Position numbers and translations under genes: made by a program
Notes under the pieces: generated by a model
Seen by the model: the letters and a program-made list of their open reading frames with translations, nothing else
Databases searched by the model: none
What the model was told of the DNA's origin: nothing
NCBI GenBank assembly: GCA_964519505.1
Contig: CAZFJX010000002.1
Coordinates: 72,958 to 136,957 of the forward strand
Source of the DNA: an uncultured Desulfurococcales archaeon
Lineage (GTDB): Archaea; Thermoproteota; Thermoprotei_A; Sulfolobales; CAZFJX01
DNA length: 64,000 nucleotides
Reading direction: 5' to 3'
Part shown: positions 9,596 to 19,062 of the stretch, in pieces
Layout of the letters: each line of letters opens with the position of its first letter
Numbering within the stretch: the first letter of the stretch is position 1

Positions 9596-10192
9596 TTACT
9601 CAACCTCATTCCACTGAGCGAATGTTAGCTGTAGTTCAAACGTATATGTATGGTTCTCAAGAGCTTCTTGCAGCACATGAATCACTAACATATACGTATC
9701 GTTATAACCAGGGTCTATCTGGGAACCGTCACCTCCATCCTCATAAAGCTTTAGAAGTACCTCGATATCTGAGAGGTTATCATTATTTAGATCTAGCTGG
9801 TACCATGTATCTAAGTCTATCTCCTTCTCTGTAGCATCGTATATTATCTTAGCACTCTCACGCTTGACTGGTATAGTGCCTATGTTATCCACAACACCGA
9901 AGATGGCTACCTTATAACATGGGTAGGCATTATTAATTTCTACCTTTAGCTTAATTACTTCACTATCCTCATACTCTTCTTCAGTTATGTTTACCGTCGT
10001 TACATCTAGATCGGGTTTCTCATAGGTGTCGTTATGCCAGTAATCACTCCACTCAACGTCCACCTCACCGGTAACTACTATGATGTTGATCCTTAAGGTC
10101 TCTGACCACATAGCAAAGGCAGCACCAACTACTGTCGCTAATATTAGGAATGTTGCGGCTAATAGCACGGACTTCTGTAGTCTACTTGCCAT
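9596..10192 (-). CDS. Secreted TasA/camelysin-like (AbpA-like) fibre subunit candidate, paralogue 2
   Basis: GAAFA/MWSETLRINIIVVTGEVDVE plus NAYPCY, NIGTIPVK and AQWNE. The ORF track starts at 10216. I prefer the internal ATG at 10192 (MASRLQKS...) because it gives a normal n-region/h-region signal and sits about 40 nt from a TTATATA box. Confidence 0.65.
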   Translation of the reverse strand: MASRLQKSVLLAATFLILATVVGAAFAMWSETLRINIIVVTGEVDVEWSDYWHNDTYEKPDLDVTTVNITEEEYEDSEVIKLKVEINNAYPCYKVAIFGVVDNIGTIPVKRESAKIIYDATEKEIDLDTWYQLDLNNDNLSDIEVLLKLYEDGGDGSQIDPGYNDTYMLVIHVLQEALENHTYTFELQLTFAQWNEVE

Positions 10193-10378
10193 ATATATTA
10201 CACCTGCAAGAATCAATAGCGTTAAGTACTATATAATACGTTGCGCATGATTCTTACCGCAATATCTCCCCTAAGAAAAGTTCATGAATTATTTACGGTA
10301 GTTAATAACGTGCAAGTTTTCTACACAAAAGTTATATACTGTCTAAGCAAGTCTAACAAAAACGTAGAGCTGTGTAGG

Positions 10379-11056
10379 TTGGGCGACGGAACTCGTAGCT
10401 ATAGGAGTAAGCTGGAGATTATAATCTCAATACTTAAGTCAATAGAGTCCTCAGGGATGTTAAAGAAAACGCATATACTCTACAGAGCTAATCTAAGTTC
10501 ATCACAACTCAATAAGTACTTAAACATGCTGATAGATAGCGGTACTGTAGCAAAAGTCAAAGAGAGTGATGGTGATTATTACATACTAACTGGGTTAGGT
10601 AGGCTACTTCTTTATGAAATAGAGAAAGCTATTGACGTACTTAACGTTAAGGATAAGGTGAGACCCCAGTTAGAGGACCTAATAGAAGGTATACTAAGGA
10701 AGAGGAGAATGAAGTATTTTAAGAATCATGTAATTAGAGGCGTGACCGGGCTTCAGCATTTCTTTAAGTTCATAATAGTAAATAAGGAGGGTGAGCAAGT
10801 AGCTATTGAGATCATTAAGGGTAATGAGTTAAGCATGTTTTATCAATTAATGAGCTTTTACCTTAGGGTTGCAGACAGTAAAGTTAGAGGCATTGTAATT
10901 GTTCCCGAAGACTTAGCCAGCACTATACAGTTAATAAAGAGGAACTTAATAGATGAAACAAAAGTTATTCTTGATGTAGTATTGTTCTTAAGTAAGGAGA
11001 GCTTCAAGTACGACCTAATTAACGTAATAGAACATAGAGGTTTTTATTTAAAATAA
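10379..11056 (+). CDS. Winged-helix (HTH_45-like) transcriptional regulator with uncharacterised C-terminal domain
   Basis: SKLEIIISILKSIESSGMLKKTHILYRANLSSSQLNKYLNMLIDSGTV is a typical archaeal wHTH. The ORF track starts at 10241, but a TTATATA box at 10332-10338 lies inside that extension, so the TTG at 10379 is more plausible. Divergent from the fibre genes. Confidence 0.5.
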   Translation: MGDGTRSYRSKLEIIISILKSIESSGMLKKTHILYRANLSSSQLNKYLNMLIDSGTVAKVKESDGDYYILTGLGRLLLYEIEKAIDVLNVKDKVRPQLEDLIEGILRKRRMKYFKNHVIRGVTGLQHFFKFIIVNKEGEQVAIEIIKGNELSMFYQLMSFYLRVADSKVRGIVIVPEDLASTIQLIKRNLIDETKVILDVVLFLSKESFKYDLINVIEHRGFYLK

Positions 11057-11093
11057 ATAACTTCATATCTTAAATTATTACTTAGGTGCCTTA

Positions 11094-12107
11094 ATGGTCA
11101 TAAGGCTTAATCTTAATGAGGTCCCTTACCCTCCTTCACCTAAGGTTATTGATGAGGTCAGTAAATTTATTAAAATAAGTAATAGGTATCCGCCTTTATC
11201 AATATATAGAAAGCTTAAGGAAGCTATAGCTACGTACAATGACGTAGAATCTGATAATGTCTTAATAGATGCTGGTGCAACAAACATACTGCATGCGGTT
11301 TTTGTTAGGGCTAAGAAACTAGGTGGTCGTATTATAACTTATAGGCCTACGTTCCCTTATCCTCTAGAATATGCTAAAAACATAGACATTCAAGTACGCT
11401 ATGTGGATTTAGACCATGAATTTAAGTTAAATATCGAGGATATTTTACAGCTAAATCCTAAGGAAAGTGATGTAATTATGATCATAAATCCTAACAATCC
11501 TACAGGCAACATAGTGCTAGGATCTAGTAACTACATGAAGGAGCTATTGAGCTCAGGTGCTTTAGTAATTCATGACGAGGTTTACTTTGAATTTAGCGGC
11601 TTTACGTTTAAGGATCTAATTAGGAATTACGATAACCTAGTTATAGTTAGGTCTTTATCTAAGGCATTCGCATTAGCTGGGTTTAGGGTGGGGTATGCGT
11701 TGGGGTCTAGGGAGTTGATAAGTGAATTAAGGAATTACCAGCAATACTATCCAATACCGACGGTGAGTGCTATAGCAGGTATAACCGCATTAAGTGATTT
11801 AGACTATATGAAGTCCATAGTGAGTGAGGTAATTAAGGAGAGGGAATGGTTAATGAGCATGTTAAATGAGGTAGAAGGCATCATACCTTATGAGAGCCTA
11901 ACGAACTTCATCCTCATATCGCTTAAGGACATAGGGATTAAGGGGGAGGAGATGTTTAATTACCTTAAGCAGAACGGTGTTTATGTGTCTTACTATCCTC
12001 ATGAGCCTAGATTAACGTACTGTATAAGGGTGTCCATAGGACTTCGTGAAGAGAATGAGATATTCATAAAGCTATTAAAGAGCTACGTAGGTAGGTTAAG
12101 AGGTTAG
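11094..12107 (+). CDS. Class I/II aminotransferase, histidinol-phosphate aminotransferase-like
   Basis: PLP-lysine region SLSKAFALAGFRVGY and NPNNPTG motif; 337 aa. Confidence 0.75.
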   Translation: MVIRLNLNEVPYPPSPKVIDEVSKFIKISNRYPPLSIYRKLKEAIATYNDVESDNVLIDAGATNILHAVFVRAKKLGGRIITYRPTFPYPLEYAKNIDIQVRYVDLDHEFKLNIEDILQLNPKESDVIMIINPNNPTGNIVLGSSNYMKELLSSGALVIHDEVYFEFSGFTFKDLIRNYDNLVIVRSLSKAFALAGFRVGYALGSRELISELRNYQQYYPIPTVSAIAGITALSDLDYMKSIVSEVIKEREWLMSMLNEVEGIIPYESLTNFILISLKDIGIKGEEMFNYLKQNGVYVSYYPHEPRLTYCIRVSIGLREENEIFIKLLKSYVGRLRG

Positions 12108-12114
12108 TTAAGTT

Positions 12115-12489
12115 TCACAACTTTATTCCGTATTCACTTAATATCTTCTTTATAAGTTCTTTCCCTATGGCTAAGTCCTTAGTAGTCAATGTATTTATAG
12201 CAGGGCATTCTTCATCAAAAGTAAATCCTAAACCCTCAACGTAGATCACTGGGTAAGCTCTACATCCTAAAGGTCTGTAACGATATATAGTGCATTTTCC
12301 TTTATCGTTAAGGAATACGCATTTCCCATTGATGTTCCTTAATCTCCAGAAAAATCCATCGAAGTACGTGAATTCATCTTTACTGAATCCAAGTGCTTCT
12401 AACTTAGCTATGTCTGAGGGGGCCAATATCATTTCCGTATTTAAGCAGCATTTAAAGCAGTTCTTAGGACATAAAGGCTTAACGTACAT
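12115..12489 (-). CDS. YkgJ-family cysteine-cluster (Zn/Fe-chelating) protein
   Basis: N-terminal CPKNCFKCC (CxxxCxxCC) plus downstream Cys residues; 124 aa. Confidence 0.65.
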   Translation of the reverse strand: MYVKPLCPKNCFKCCLNTEMILAPSDIAKLEALGFSKDEFTYFDGFFWRLRNINGKCVFLNDKGKCTIYRYRPLGCRAYPVIYVEGLGFTFDEECPAINTLTTKDLAIGKELIKKILSEYGIKL

Positions 12490-12509
12490 TTACCTATAAA
12501 CCAGACTAC

Positions 12510-13424
12510 TTAAAGTTCGGGGTAGAAGTACCTACAGGCACAAGCCTTATCTCTGATACATTTAGATATTGATATCTCAGCAATACTACTACCTATATCT
12601 ATTAACTTATCAATGGCTTGAGCTAACTCCTTAGGTACTTCATCTTCCTCGCTAACGGGCTTTATCTCAAGCAACTTGAGCGCCCTATCTATATCGCTCA
12701 ATGTAAATGATGATAAAGCACTATTGACGTATTCTAGAGTTTTAAACACAGCGTTATTCTCTTTATAGCACTTAAACATACCCAAATTACTTGAGAGTAC
12801 ATCAAAGAGTTCCCTAATGAGTTTGAGGAATAGAAGCATATCAAGCATATCCAAAGTCTCTATCCCACGGCTTAGCACAGCATGTTTCTTACATAGCCTT
12901 AAACCTAGGTTAAATAGCTTCTCAACTTCCTGACTTACTAAGCCAACACCGCATTCTTCCTCAGTAGCTTCGTAAATACTCTCTATGAGTCCTTTAATTA
13001 TGTTAGTGATTTTCTTTATGACATCCTCAGGCTTCGCCGCTATATCTAGGAATACTATCTCATGGTATTTAGACTCAGGCCTACCGAATGCCGTTATAGG
13101 AACTGCCTTACTTAATATTGATGTAAGTTCAGTAAATTCTTCGTAACTACACTTAACCTTAACTTTGGTTATACCCTCAGTATAGCAGGCAATTAACTTC
13201 CTTATAGCAGACTTGAATTTCCTGCCCTCAGCAACAACTGATAATTGAAGAGGCTCTAATTCCTGCTTACCTCTAGGCTCTATAGATATTGTGTTACCGT
13301 CGAAGAACATATCAACTAAGCTACCGACGTCTATACCTAATTGCATGGCCCACTTCTTAGGGATCGTGACAGCGAGGGACTTCAGACCTATCTTCATTAT
13401 TCTCCTCGTATCATGCTCAACCAA
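12510..13424 (-). CDS. AbrB/SpoVT-domain + PhoU-like domain regulator
   Basis: N-terminal swapped-hairpin AbrB string (LAVTIPKKWAMQLGIDVGSLVDMFFDGNTISIEP) followed by about 200 aa of helical PhoU-like repeat. Confidence 0.65.
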   Translation of the reverse strand: MVEHDTRRIMKIGLKSLAVTIPKKWAMQLGIDVGSLVDMFFDGNTISIEPRGKQELEPLQLSVVAEGRKFKSAIRKLIACYTEGITKVKVKCSYEEFTELTSILSKAVPITAFGRPESKYHEIVFLDIAAKPEDVIKKITNIIKGLIESIYEATEEECGVGLVSQEVEKLFNLGLRLCKKHAVLSRGIETLDMLDMLLFLKLIRELFDVLSSNLGMFKCYKENNAVFKTLEYVNSALSSFTLSDIDRALKLLEIKPVSEEDEVPKELAQAIDKLIDIGSSIAEISISKCIRDKACACRYFYPEL

Positions 13425-13473
13425 AGCTCCCGCCTACACTATAATGTAAACACTTGTAAGTACTTATAAGTAA

Positions 13474-13504
13474 CTGTTTAAACAATTTAAACAGTATGTT
13501 TAAA
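13474..13504. promoter_or_regulatory. Operator-like element: perfect 9-bp inverted repeat plus a third half-site
   Basis: CTGTTTAAA-CAA-TTTAAACAG (13474-13494) followed by TGTTTAAA (13497-13504). Half-site starts at 13475, 13486 and 13497 are 11 bp apart. Lies between the divergent AbrB-PhoU gene and hydB. Confidence 0.4.
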
Positions 13505-13574
13505 GATACATCTAGATTCTTAATTAATCGTAAGACCCCGCTTATCACACCTTACCCTTAATAAAGGTGAAAAA

Positions 13575-14591
13575 TTGAGGAAAATACCTAATGAATGGTT
13601 CGTAAGTGATGATAAGGACTTCCTTAGGAGTTTATTTAAGCTTATAAAGAGTCGAGGCTATAAAGTAATAGCTCCCACAAAAAAGGAAGGGAGGATAATC
13701 CTTGATTACGTCAACTCATTCGATGAAGTTGAAGTGAGGTATATAAGGACACTTAATACCCCGAAACATTTTCTATTCCCTAACGGTGACTGCCTCTTTA
13801 GCTGGGTTAAAGTTAATAGCGACATTAACTTAAAGACTCATGTTTTTAAGGAGAAATGGGCTTTCTTCGGTCTTCATCCATGCGATGCCAATTCATTAGT
13901 CATACTAGATAAAATACTGCTGGGTGATCCTAAAGATGATATATATGCGCAACGAAGGAGAAATTCCCTCATTATAATTTATGATTGTGAAGAAAGTGAT
14001 GAATATTGTTTCTGCGAGAGTGTAAATGCACGTATACCGATTGAAGGCTCAGGCGACTTATGGATAATTCCTTACAAGGGAAAGTACTACATAAATCCAT
14101 TGAGCGGTAGAGGCAAGGACATAGTTAAGGCGCTAAACCCGACCCCTTCTGAGCCTCCTAAGATCCCTTCACAAACCAATAAGAAGTTTTACAATCTCTC
14201 CAACATAGGGGCCCTTAAATACCTATATGAACATGAGTCATGGCTTAAACACAGCAATAAATGCTTGCTTTGTGGGGCCTGTACGGCTTCTTGCCCTACC
14301 TGTACATGCTTTGACGTCCTAGACTTTGTTGATCCCTCACTTATTACTGGGAGACGCATCCGTACATGGAACTCATGTACATTTAGGTCGTTTACGATTG
14401 TTGCTGGGGGTAGGGTAATAAGGAAGGAACGCGTAGATAGATTTAAGCATAGGTACTACCATAAGTTCGTCTTCATCCCTGAGAAGTATGGTATCTTTGG
14501 TTGTACTGGTTGTGGACGCTGCGTCTCTCAATGCCACAATAGGATACATCCATTGGAGGTTATCTTAGATGTAATTACTCGAGGTGTGTAG
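13575..14591 (+). CDS. hydB: Sulfhydrogenase (group 3b NiFe hydrogenase) beta subunit, 4Fe-4S protein
   Basis: CLLCGACTASCPTCTC and CTGCGRCVSQC ferredoxin-type clusters. First gene of a four-gene operon ordered as hydBGDA. Confidence 0.8.
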   Translation: MRKIPNEWFVSDDKDFLRSLFKLIKSRGYKVIAPTKKEGRIILDYVNSFDEVEVRYIRTLNTPKHFLFPNGDCLFSWVKVNSDINLKTHVFKEKWAFFGLHPCDANSLVILDKILLGDPKDDIYAQRRRNSLIIIYDCEESDEYCFCESVNARIPIEGSGDLWIIPYKGKYYINPLSGRGKDIVKALNPTPSEPPKIPSQTNKKFYNLSNIGALKYLYEHESWLKHSNKCLLCGACTASCPTCTCFDVLDFVDPSLITGRRIRTWNSCTFRSFTIVAGGRVIRKERVDRFKHRYYHKFVFIPEKYGIFGCTGCGRCVSQCHNRIHPLEVILDVITRGV

Positions 14592-14593
14592 CG

Positions 14594-15403
14594 ATGAACC
14601 CATACTTACCTAAACTTGCTAAGGTGATAAATATAATTCAAGAAACACCTGATGTGAAGACTATAAGATTAAAGTTACTTAATGAAGAGAAATTAGTATT
14701 TAAACCTGGGAATTTTGTTATGATATCTTGTTTCGGCATTGGTGAGTCCTCATTCGCTATATCTTCATCACCATTTATTCAGGAATATTTTGAGGTTTCT
14801 GTTAGGGCTGTAGGTAACGTGACAAGAGCCATACATAAACTTAAGGTAGGTGATGTTGTCGGTGTAAGAGGGCCTCTAGGTAATGGATATCCCATCACAG
14901 ACTTACTCAATAAGAACATAGTAATAATTTCAGGCGGGACGGGTATATTAGGGGTCTCCTCATTACTATGGTACATACACGAAAAGAGAGATGATTTTGG
15001 TGAAGTTCTATTATTCTATGGTGCTCGGACACCTAAGGACCTTGTTAGATATAGAGACATAAAGACGTGGGGTAAAAACATAAAGACATATGTGACTGTT
15101 GATAGGGCCGATGAGACTTGGAAAGGACCTACAGGTGTTGTTACTAAATTCCTTGATGAAGTAACCATACCTAAACACAATGTTATTTTCATAATGTGCG
15201 GCCCGCCTATAATGATGAAGGTTACTTATAGGAAGCTTATAGGTATGGGTTATAAAGCAAAACAAATTTACGCCTCATTAGAACGAAGAATGCAATGTGG
15301 ACTAGGGAAATGTGGCTGCTGTATGCTCTCTAACGGGCTTTTTGTATGTAAGGATGGCCCTATCTTTAGATGTGATATGTTAATGGAGAGGGATATAGAA
15401 TGA
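14594..15403 (+). CDS. hydG: Sulfhydrogenase gamma subunit (FAD/NAD(P)-binding, 2Fe-2S)
   Basis: Ferredoxin-NADP reductase-like fold strings (GGTGILG) and a C-terminal CGLGKCGCC cluster motif. Overlaps hydD by 4 nt. Confidence 0.8.
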   Translation: MNPYLPKLAKVINIIQETPDVKTIRLKLLNEEKLVFKPGNFVMISCFGIGESSFAISSSPFIQEYFEVSVRAVGNVTRAIHKLKVGDVVGVRGPLGNGYPITDLLNKNIVIISGGTGILGVSSLLWYIHEKRDDFGEVLLFYGARTPKDLVRYRDIKTWGKNIKTYVTVDRADETWKGPTGVVTKFLDEVTIPKHNVIFIMCGPPIMMKVTYRKLIGMGYKAKQIYASLERRMQCGLGKCGCCMLSNGLFVCKDGPIFRCDMLMERDIE

Positions 15404-16149
15404 GTAAGTTAAAAATCATGCAATACAGCTTAACCTGCTGTGAGGGCTGTGCTGTAAACCTAATAAATGCCTTAGCTAGTATGTTGCAAATCCTTGATAA
15501 GGTAGAGATAGTTACGTCAAGAATTCTGGGGTTACCTAAGTTAAGGGAGGCTGATGTAGCCTTCGTAGACGGTTCTGTAATAACTAAAGAGGATGAAGAA
15601 GTAGTTAAAATCATTAGGAGGAAAAGTAAGGTAGTTGTTGCATTAGGCTCATGTGCTTCAATAGGCGGTATTAACGCTCTTAAAGAGTTATTCAGCCACG
15701 AGGAAGCAATAAGGGATGTATATGGGGTACTCCCCAATATACCTCATCTTAAGGACGTAAAAACTTTAGATGACGTTATAGATGTTGACTATATATTGCC
15801 TGGATGTCCTCCCACGACTAATGAAATTTCCAGATTCCTCATGGATATGGTTTTAGGTAAAACGTTTAGATTACCCGATAAGCCTATTTGCTATGAGTGT
15901 AAGATAAGAGGTATTAAATGCTTACTTGAGGAGGGGATTCTCTGTTTAGGACCCATAATTAGGGCTGGTTGTGAAGCAAAATGCCCTGCATACAGGGTTC
16001 CATGTTGGGGTTGTAAAGGGCTTACTGATGACGTTAATCTAGAGGCTTTCCTTGAATCATTGGAGAGAAACGACATACCTATCAAGGAGTTAAAGGAGAA
16101 GATACCTATTTTCCTAACTAAATCACGCATTAAATTAACCAGTGGGTGA
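15400..16149 (+). CDS. hydD: NiFe hydrogenase small (delta) subunit
   Basis: Small-subunit Cys pattern (LTCCEGC, GSCA, PGCPP) plus distal cluster cysteines. Confidence 0.85.
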   Translation: MSKLKIMQYSLTCCEGCAVNLINALASMLQILDKVEIVTSRILGLPKLREADVAFVDGSVITKEDEEVVKIIRRKSKVVVALGSCASIGGINALKELFSHEEAIRDVYGVLPNIPHLKDVKTLDDVIDVDYILPGCPPTTNEISRFLMDMVLGKTFRLPDKPICYECKIRGIKCLLEEGILCLGPIIRAGCEAKCPAYRVPCWGCKGLTDDVNLEAFLESLERNDIPIKELKEKIPIFLTKSRIKLTSG

Positions 16150-17447
16150 AATTCTTGAGTAAGCAATTAACTCATTTACCACGCGTTGAAGGTCATGGCA
16201 AAATCTATGTGGAGATAGATAGGGAGTCAAAGAGGGTTTTAAGAGTAAATTTGGGTATAGTTGAGGGCTCAAGATTTTTTGAGGTGTTCCTAAAGGGTAG
16301 AAACATTATTGAGGTACCCCAAATAGCTAGTAGAATTTGTGGTTTATGTGGGGTTTCCCATGCAGTATGTTCGGCTATTGCCTTAGAGAATGCCCTTGGT
16401 TTAGATATCCCTGAAAGCGTAAGGAGACTACGTGAGGTTATCATGGCGTTAAACACCATAGAGAGTCACTTAATCCATGTTGGGGTTTTATCGTTCCCAG
16501 ATTACTTTAACGTAAAAACATTTCTTGAATTACCTGAACTGGTTAGGAACTCCGTAATTAAGCTTATTAAGTTAAGAACGTTAGTAGGCAAGTTGCTTGA
16601 GTTACTTACTGGTGACCGCATCCATCCACGTAATATAGTTCCCGGAGGCTTCACCTACTTACCATCTAGGAATAAAGTATTACCATACCTTGATGAGCTT
16701 AGTAAATACATTGACGTACTTTATAATTTATTTGAAGTCTTGAGGGAACGGATAAAATTACCAAGCATGGAGAGAGTAGGGCATTATGCGGCATTATTTA
16801 CAGGAAATGATTATCCTTTACATACAGGATCTTTAATTGTGGACTCAAAGTTTTTAATTCCTCATAAGGACTTTAAGAATTACTTTATTGAGTCAGTGGT
16901 TCAGTATTCGACGGCTAAGAGGTCATTACTGTTTGGGAAGGAGAGCTATATGGTTGGGGCTTTAGCAAGGCTTAACACTAATTACTTGTACTTAGCTAAG
17001 CCAGCCAAGGAACTCCTTAACGAGCTGGGATTAAATTTACCATCACTGAACCCATACTTAATACCCATAGCTCAAGCAATAGAGATCGTTCATTTCTTAG
17101 ACTACATTATTAGGGAATTAAAAGAGCTAGAACTAACAGGCATGAAGGTATGCCCCACAATTGGACAAGTAAGGAGGGGGATTGGTGTAGGTATTGTAGA
17201 GGCTCCTCGCGGTATCCTATATCACATGTATGAAATAGATGGAGATGGTAAAGTGAGGTATGCTGACATAGTAACACCAACAGCGCAAAACTTCGCTGAT
17301 ATTGAGGAAAGTATAAAGTACTTATTACCAAAACTATTAAGAAGTAACTTATTGGTTCCTGATAATTTAAAGTACGAAATAGAGAAGTTGGTTAGATGTT
17401 ATGATCCATGTATATCATGCTCTGTTCACGTAATTTTCATGAAATAA
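16146..17447 (+). CDS. hydA: NiFe hydrogenase large (alpha) subunit
   Basis: N-terminal RICGLCGVSH and C-terminal DPCISCSVH Ni-Fe ligand motifs, followed by a short VIFMK extension that would be removed by the maturation protease. Confidence 0.92.
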   Translation: MKFLSKQLTHLPRVEGHGKIYVEIDRESKRVLRVNLGIVEGSRFFEVFLKGRNIIEVPQIASRICGLCGVSHAVCSAIALENALGLDIPESVRRLREVIMALNTIESHLIHVGVLSFPDYFNVKTFLELPELVRNSVIKLIKLRTLVGKLLELLTGDRIHPRNIVPGGFTYLPSRNKVLPYLDELSKYIDVLYNLFEVLRERIKLPSMERVGHYAALFTGNDYPLHTGSLIVDSKFLIPHKDFKNYFIESVVQYSTAKRSLLFGKESYMVGALARLNTNYLYLAKPAKELLNELGLNLPSLNPYLIPIAQAIEIVHFLDYIIRELKELELTGMKVCPTIGQVRRGIGVGIVEAPRGILYHMYEIDGDGKVRYADIVTPTAQNFADIEESIKYLLPKLLRSNLLVPDNLKYEIEKLVRCYDPCISCSVHVIFMK

Positions 17448-17520
17448 CGTCCTTATCCTCCATCAAGTAATACGTTTCATTAAACAACTCTCTATATTAT
17501 GTGCCTAAATTAATGTTATT

Positions 17521-19059
17521 ATGGTGCATAGCGCAATGATCTTAATAACTAATGTTAAAGTATTTGGGAATCCTGATGCCGATTCAATACTCATAGATAA
17601 TGATAGAATAGCTGAGGTAGGTACTGAAGATTATTTACGTATTAAGGCAGGGGGGTCAATAAGTGAAGTAATAGACGGTGGTGGAGGATTAGTTCTTCCT
17701 GGACTTATAGATTCTCACATTCATCTATACTCATCATTTGTAAGTAAGCATACAGTGAACTTAAGGAACGTAAGGAGTATTGAGGAGTTAAAGGATAGAC
17801 TGAGGAGATTTGTACGTAAGGCTAAGCCTAAGACGTTTATCATAGGCTTTGGCTGGGATCACGAATTATTTAGGGAGAAACGCCTACCTACGAGCTCAGA
17901 TATCGATGAAGTAGTTAGAGATGTGCCTGTAATGTTAACCCGGATATGTGGGCATATCGCTGTTGTTAATTCTAAACTCATTAAGCTCCTTAATTTAGAG
18001 AATTTAATTAAGAAATACCATGGACTTATAGAGGTAGATGATTACGGAAGACCAACAGGGGTAGTGAAGGAATCTATTATAGACTACATAAAGAACAATA
18101 TGCCTAAGCCCCCTATACATGAGGTAAAGGAAGGTATGCTTAAGTTTATGAAGGAGCTAATATCGTACGGTATCACATCAGTTCACGCTGTTAGTGTGGA
18201 TGCATTTGAGTTAAGTGTGTTAAGTAATTTAGCATCTGAGGGTATTTTGCCCTTAAGAGTTAGGGTTTACGTATCGCCTAATGCTGTTGATAAAGCGTTA
18301 ACGATACCTTCATCGGGCTTCTTTAAAGTTAATGGGGTTAAATTATTCGCTGATGGCTCATTAGGTGGTAGGACAGCATTTCTGAGGGAGGAGTACAATG
18401 ATTATAAGGGGCGAGGTTCCCTTTTGCTTGATACTGAAGTGTTCGCTAAATTATCTCGTGAGGTTCTAAGGAGAGGTTGGCAGTTAGCTGTCCATGCCAT
18501 AGGTGACGGTGCCTTAGAGTATGTCTTAGAGCTAGCGTTAAAGTTGAGGATTTACGGACCTAATTTACGAATAGAGCATGCGTCATTAACGCCCCCAGAC
18601 ATAATAGAGTTAATGAAGAGTGTAAAGCCACTTATTTCAGTACAGCCTCATTTCACTGTTAGTGACTGGTGGGTAGGTGAACGTCTAGGTAGGAGGGCTA
18701 AGTACGTCTATGCCTACAGGTCATTAATGGATGCGGGGCTTACGTTAGGTGGAGGTAGTGACTCACCTGTTGAACCATATAATCCATGGCTAAGCATATC
18801 TGCAGCCATGACGAGAGGATCTATAAGACACATAAATCCACATGAATCACTTAGTCTCCATGAATCCATATACCTATACACTAAAGGGAGCGCTACCTTA
18901 GGCTTAGACAGTGACTTAGGTGAATTAAGGAAGGGTGCGAAGGCCGACTTAGTGTTAGTTAGTGAGTACCTAGAGAGTATGTATGGGTACGACATAAGTA
19001 GTGTTAGACCATCCATGGTCATTATTAACGGTAAAGTAGTGTATAAGAGAGAATTCTAG
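17521..19059 (+). CDS. Amidohydrolase-3 (YtcJ-like) metal-dependent hydrolase
   Basis: DSHIHL metal-binding start, internal HAIGD and C-terminal GSD/ADLV strings; 512 aa. Confidence 0.75.
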   Translation: MVHSAMILITNVKVFGNPDADSILIDNDRIAEVGTEDYLRIKAGGSISEVIDGGGGLVLPGLIDSHIHLYSSFVSKHTVNLRNVRSIEELKDRLRRFVRKAKPKTFIIGFGWDHELFREKRLPTSSDIDEVVRDVPVMLTRICGHIAVVNSKLIKLLNLENLIKKYHGLIEVDDYGRPTGVVKESIIDYIKNNMPKPPIHEVKEGMLKFMKELISYGITSVHAVSVDAFELSVLSNLASEGILPLRVRVYVSPNAVDKALTIPSSGFFKVNGVKLFADGSLGGRTAFLREEYNDYKGRGSLLLDTEVFAKLSREVLRRGWQLAVHAIGDGALEYVLELALKLRIYGPNLRIEHASLTPPDIIELMKSVKPLISVQPHFTVSDWWVGERLGRRAKYVYAYRSLMDAGLTLGGGSDSPVEPYNPWLSISAAMTRGSIRHINPHESLSLHESIYLYTKGSATLGLDSDLGELRKGAKADLVLVSEYLESMYGYDISSVRPSMVIINGKVVYKREF

Positions 19060-19062
19060 TGG

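Noticed and set aside
10241-10378. 46-aa N-terminal extension of the wHTH regulator.
   Set aside because: It has no homology-like features and contains a TATA-like box at 10332-10338 positioned appropriately for a start at TTG 10379. It is retained only as an alternative.
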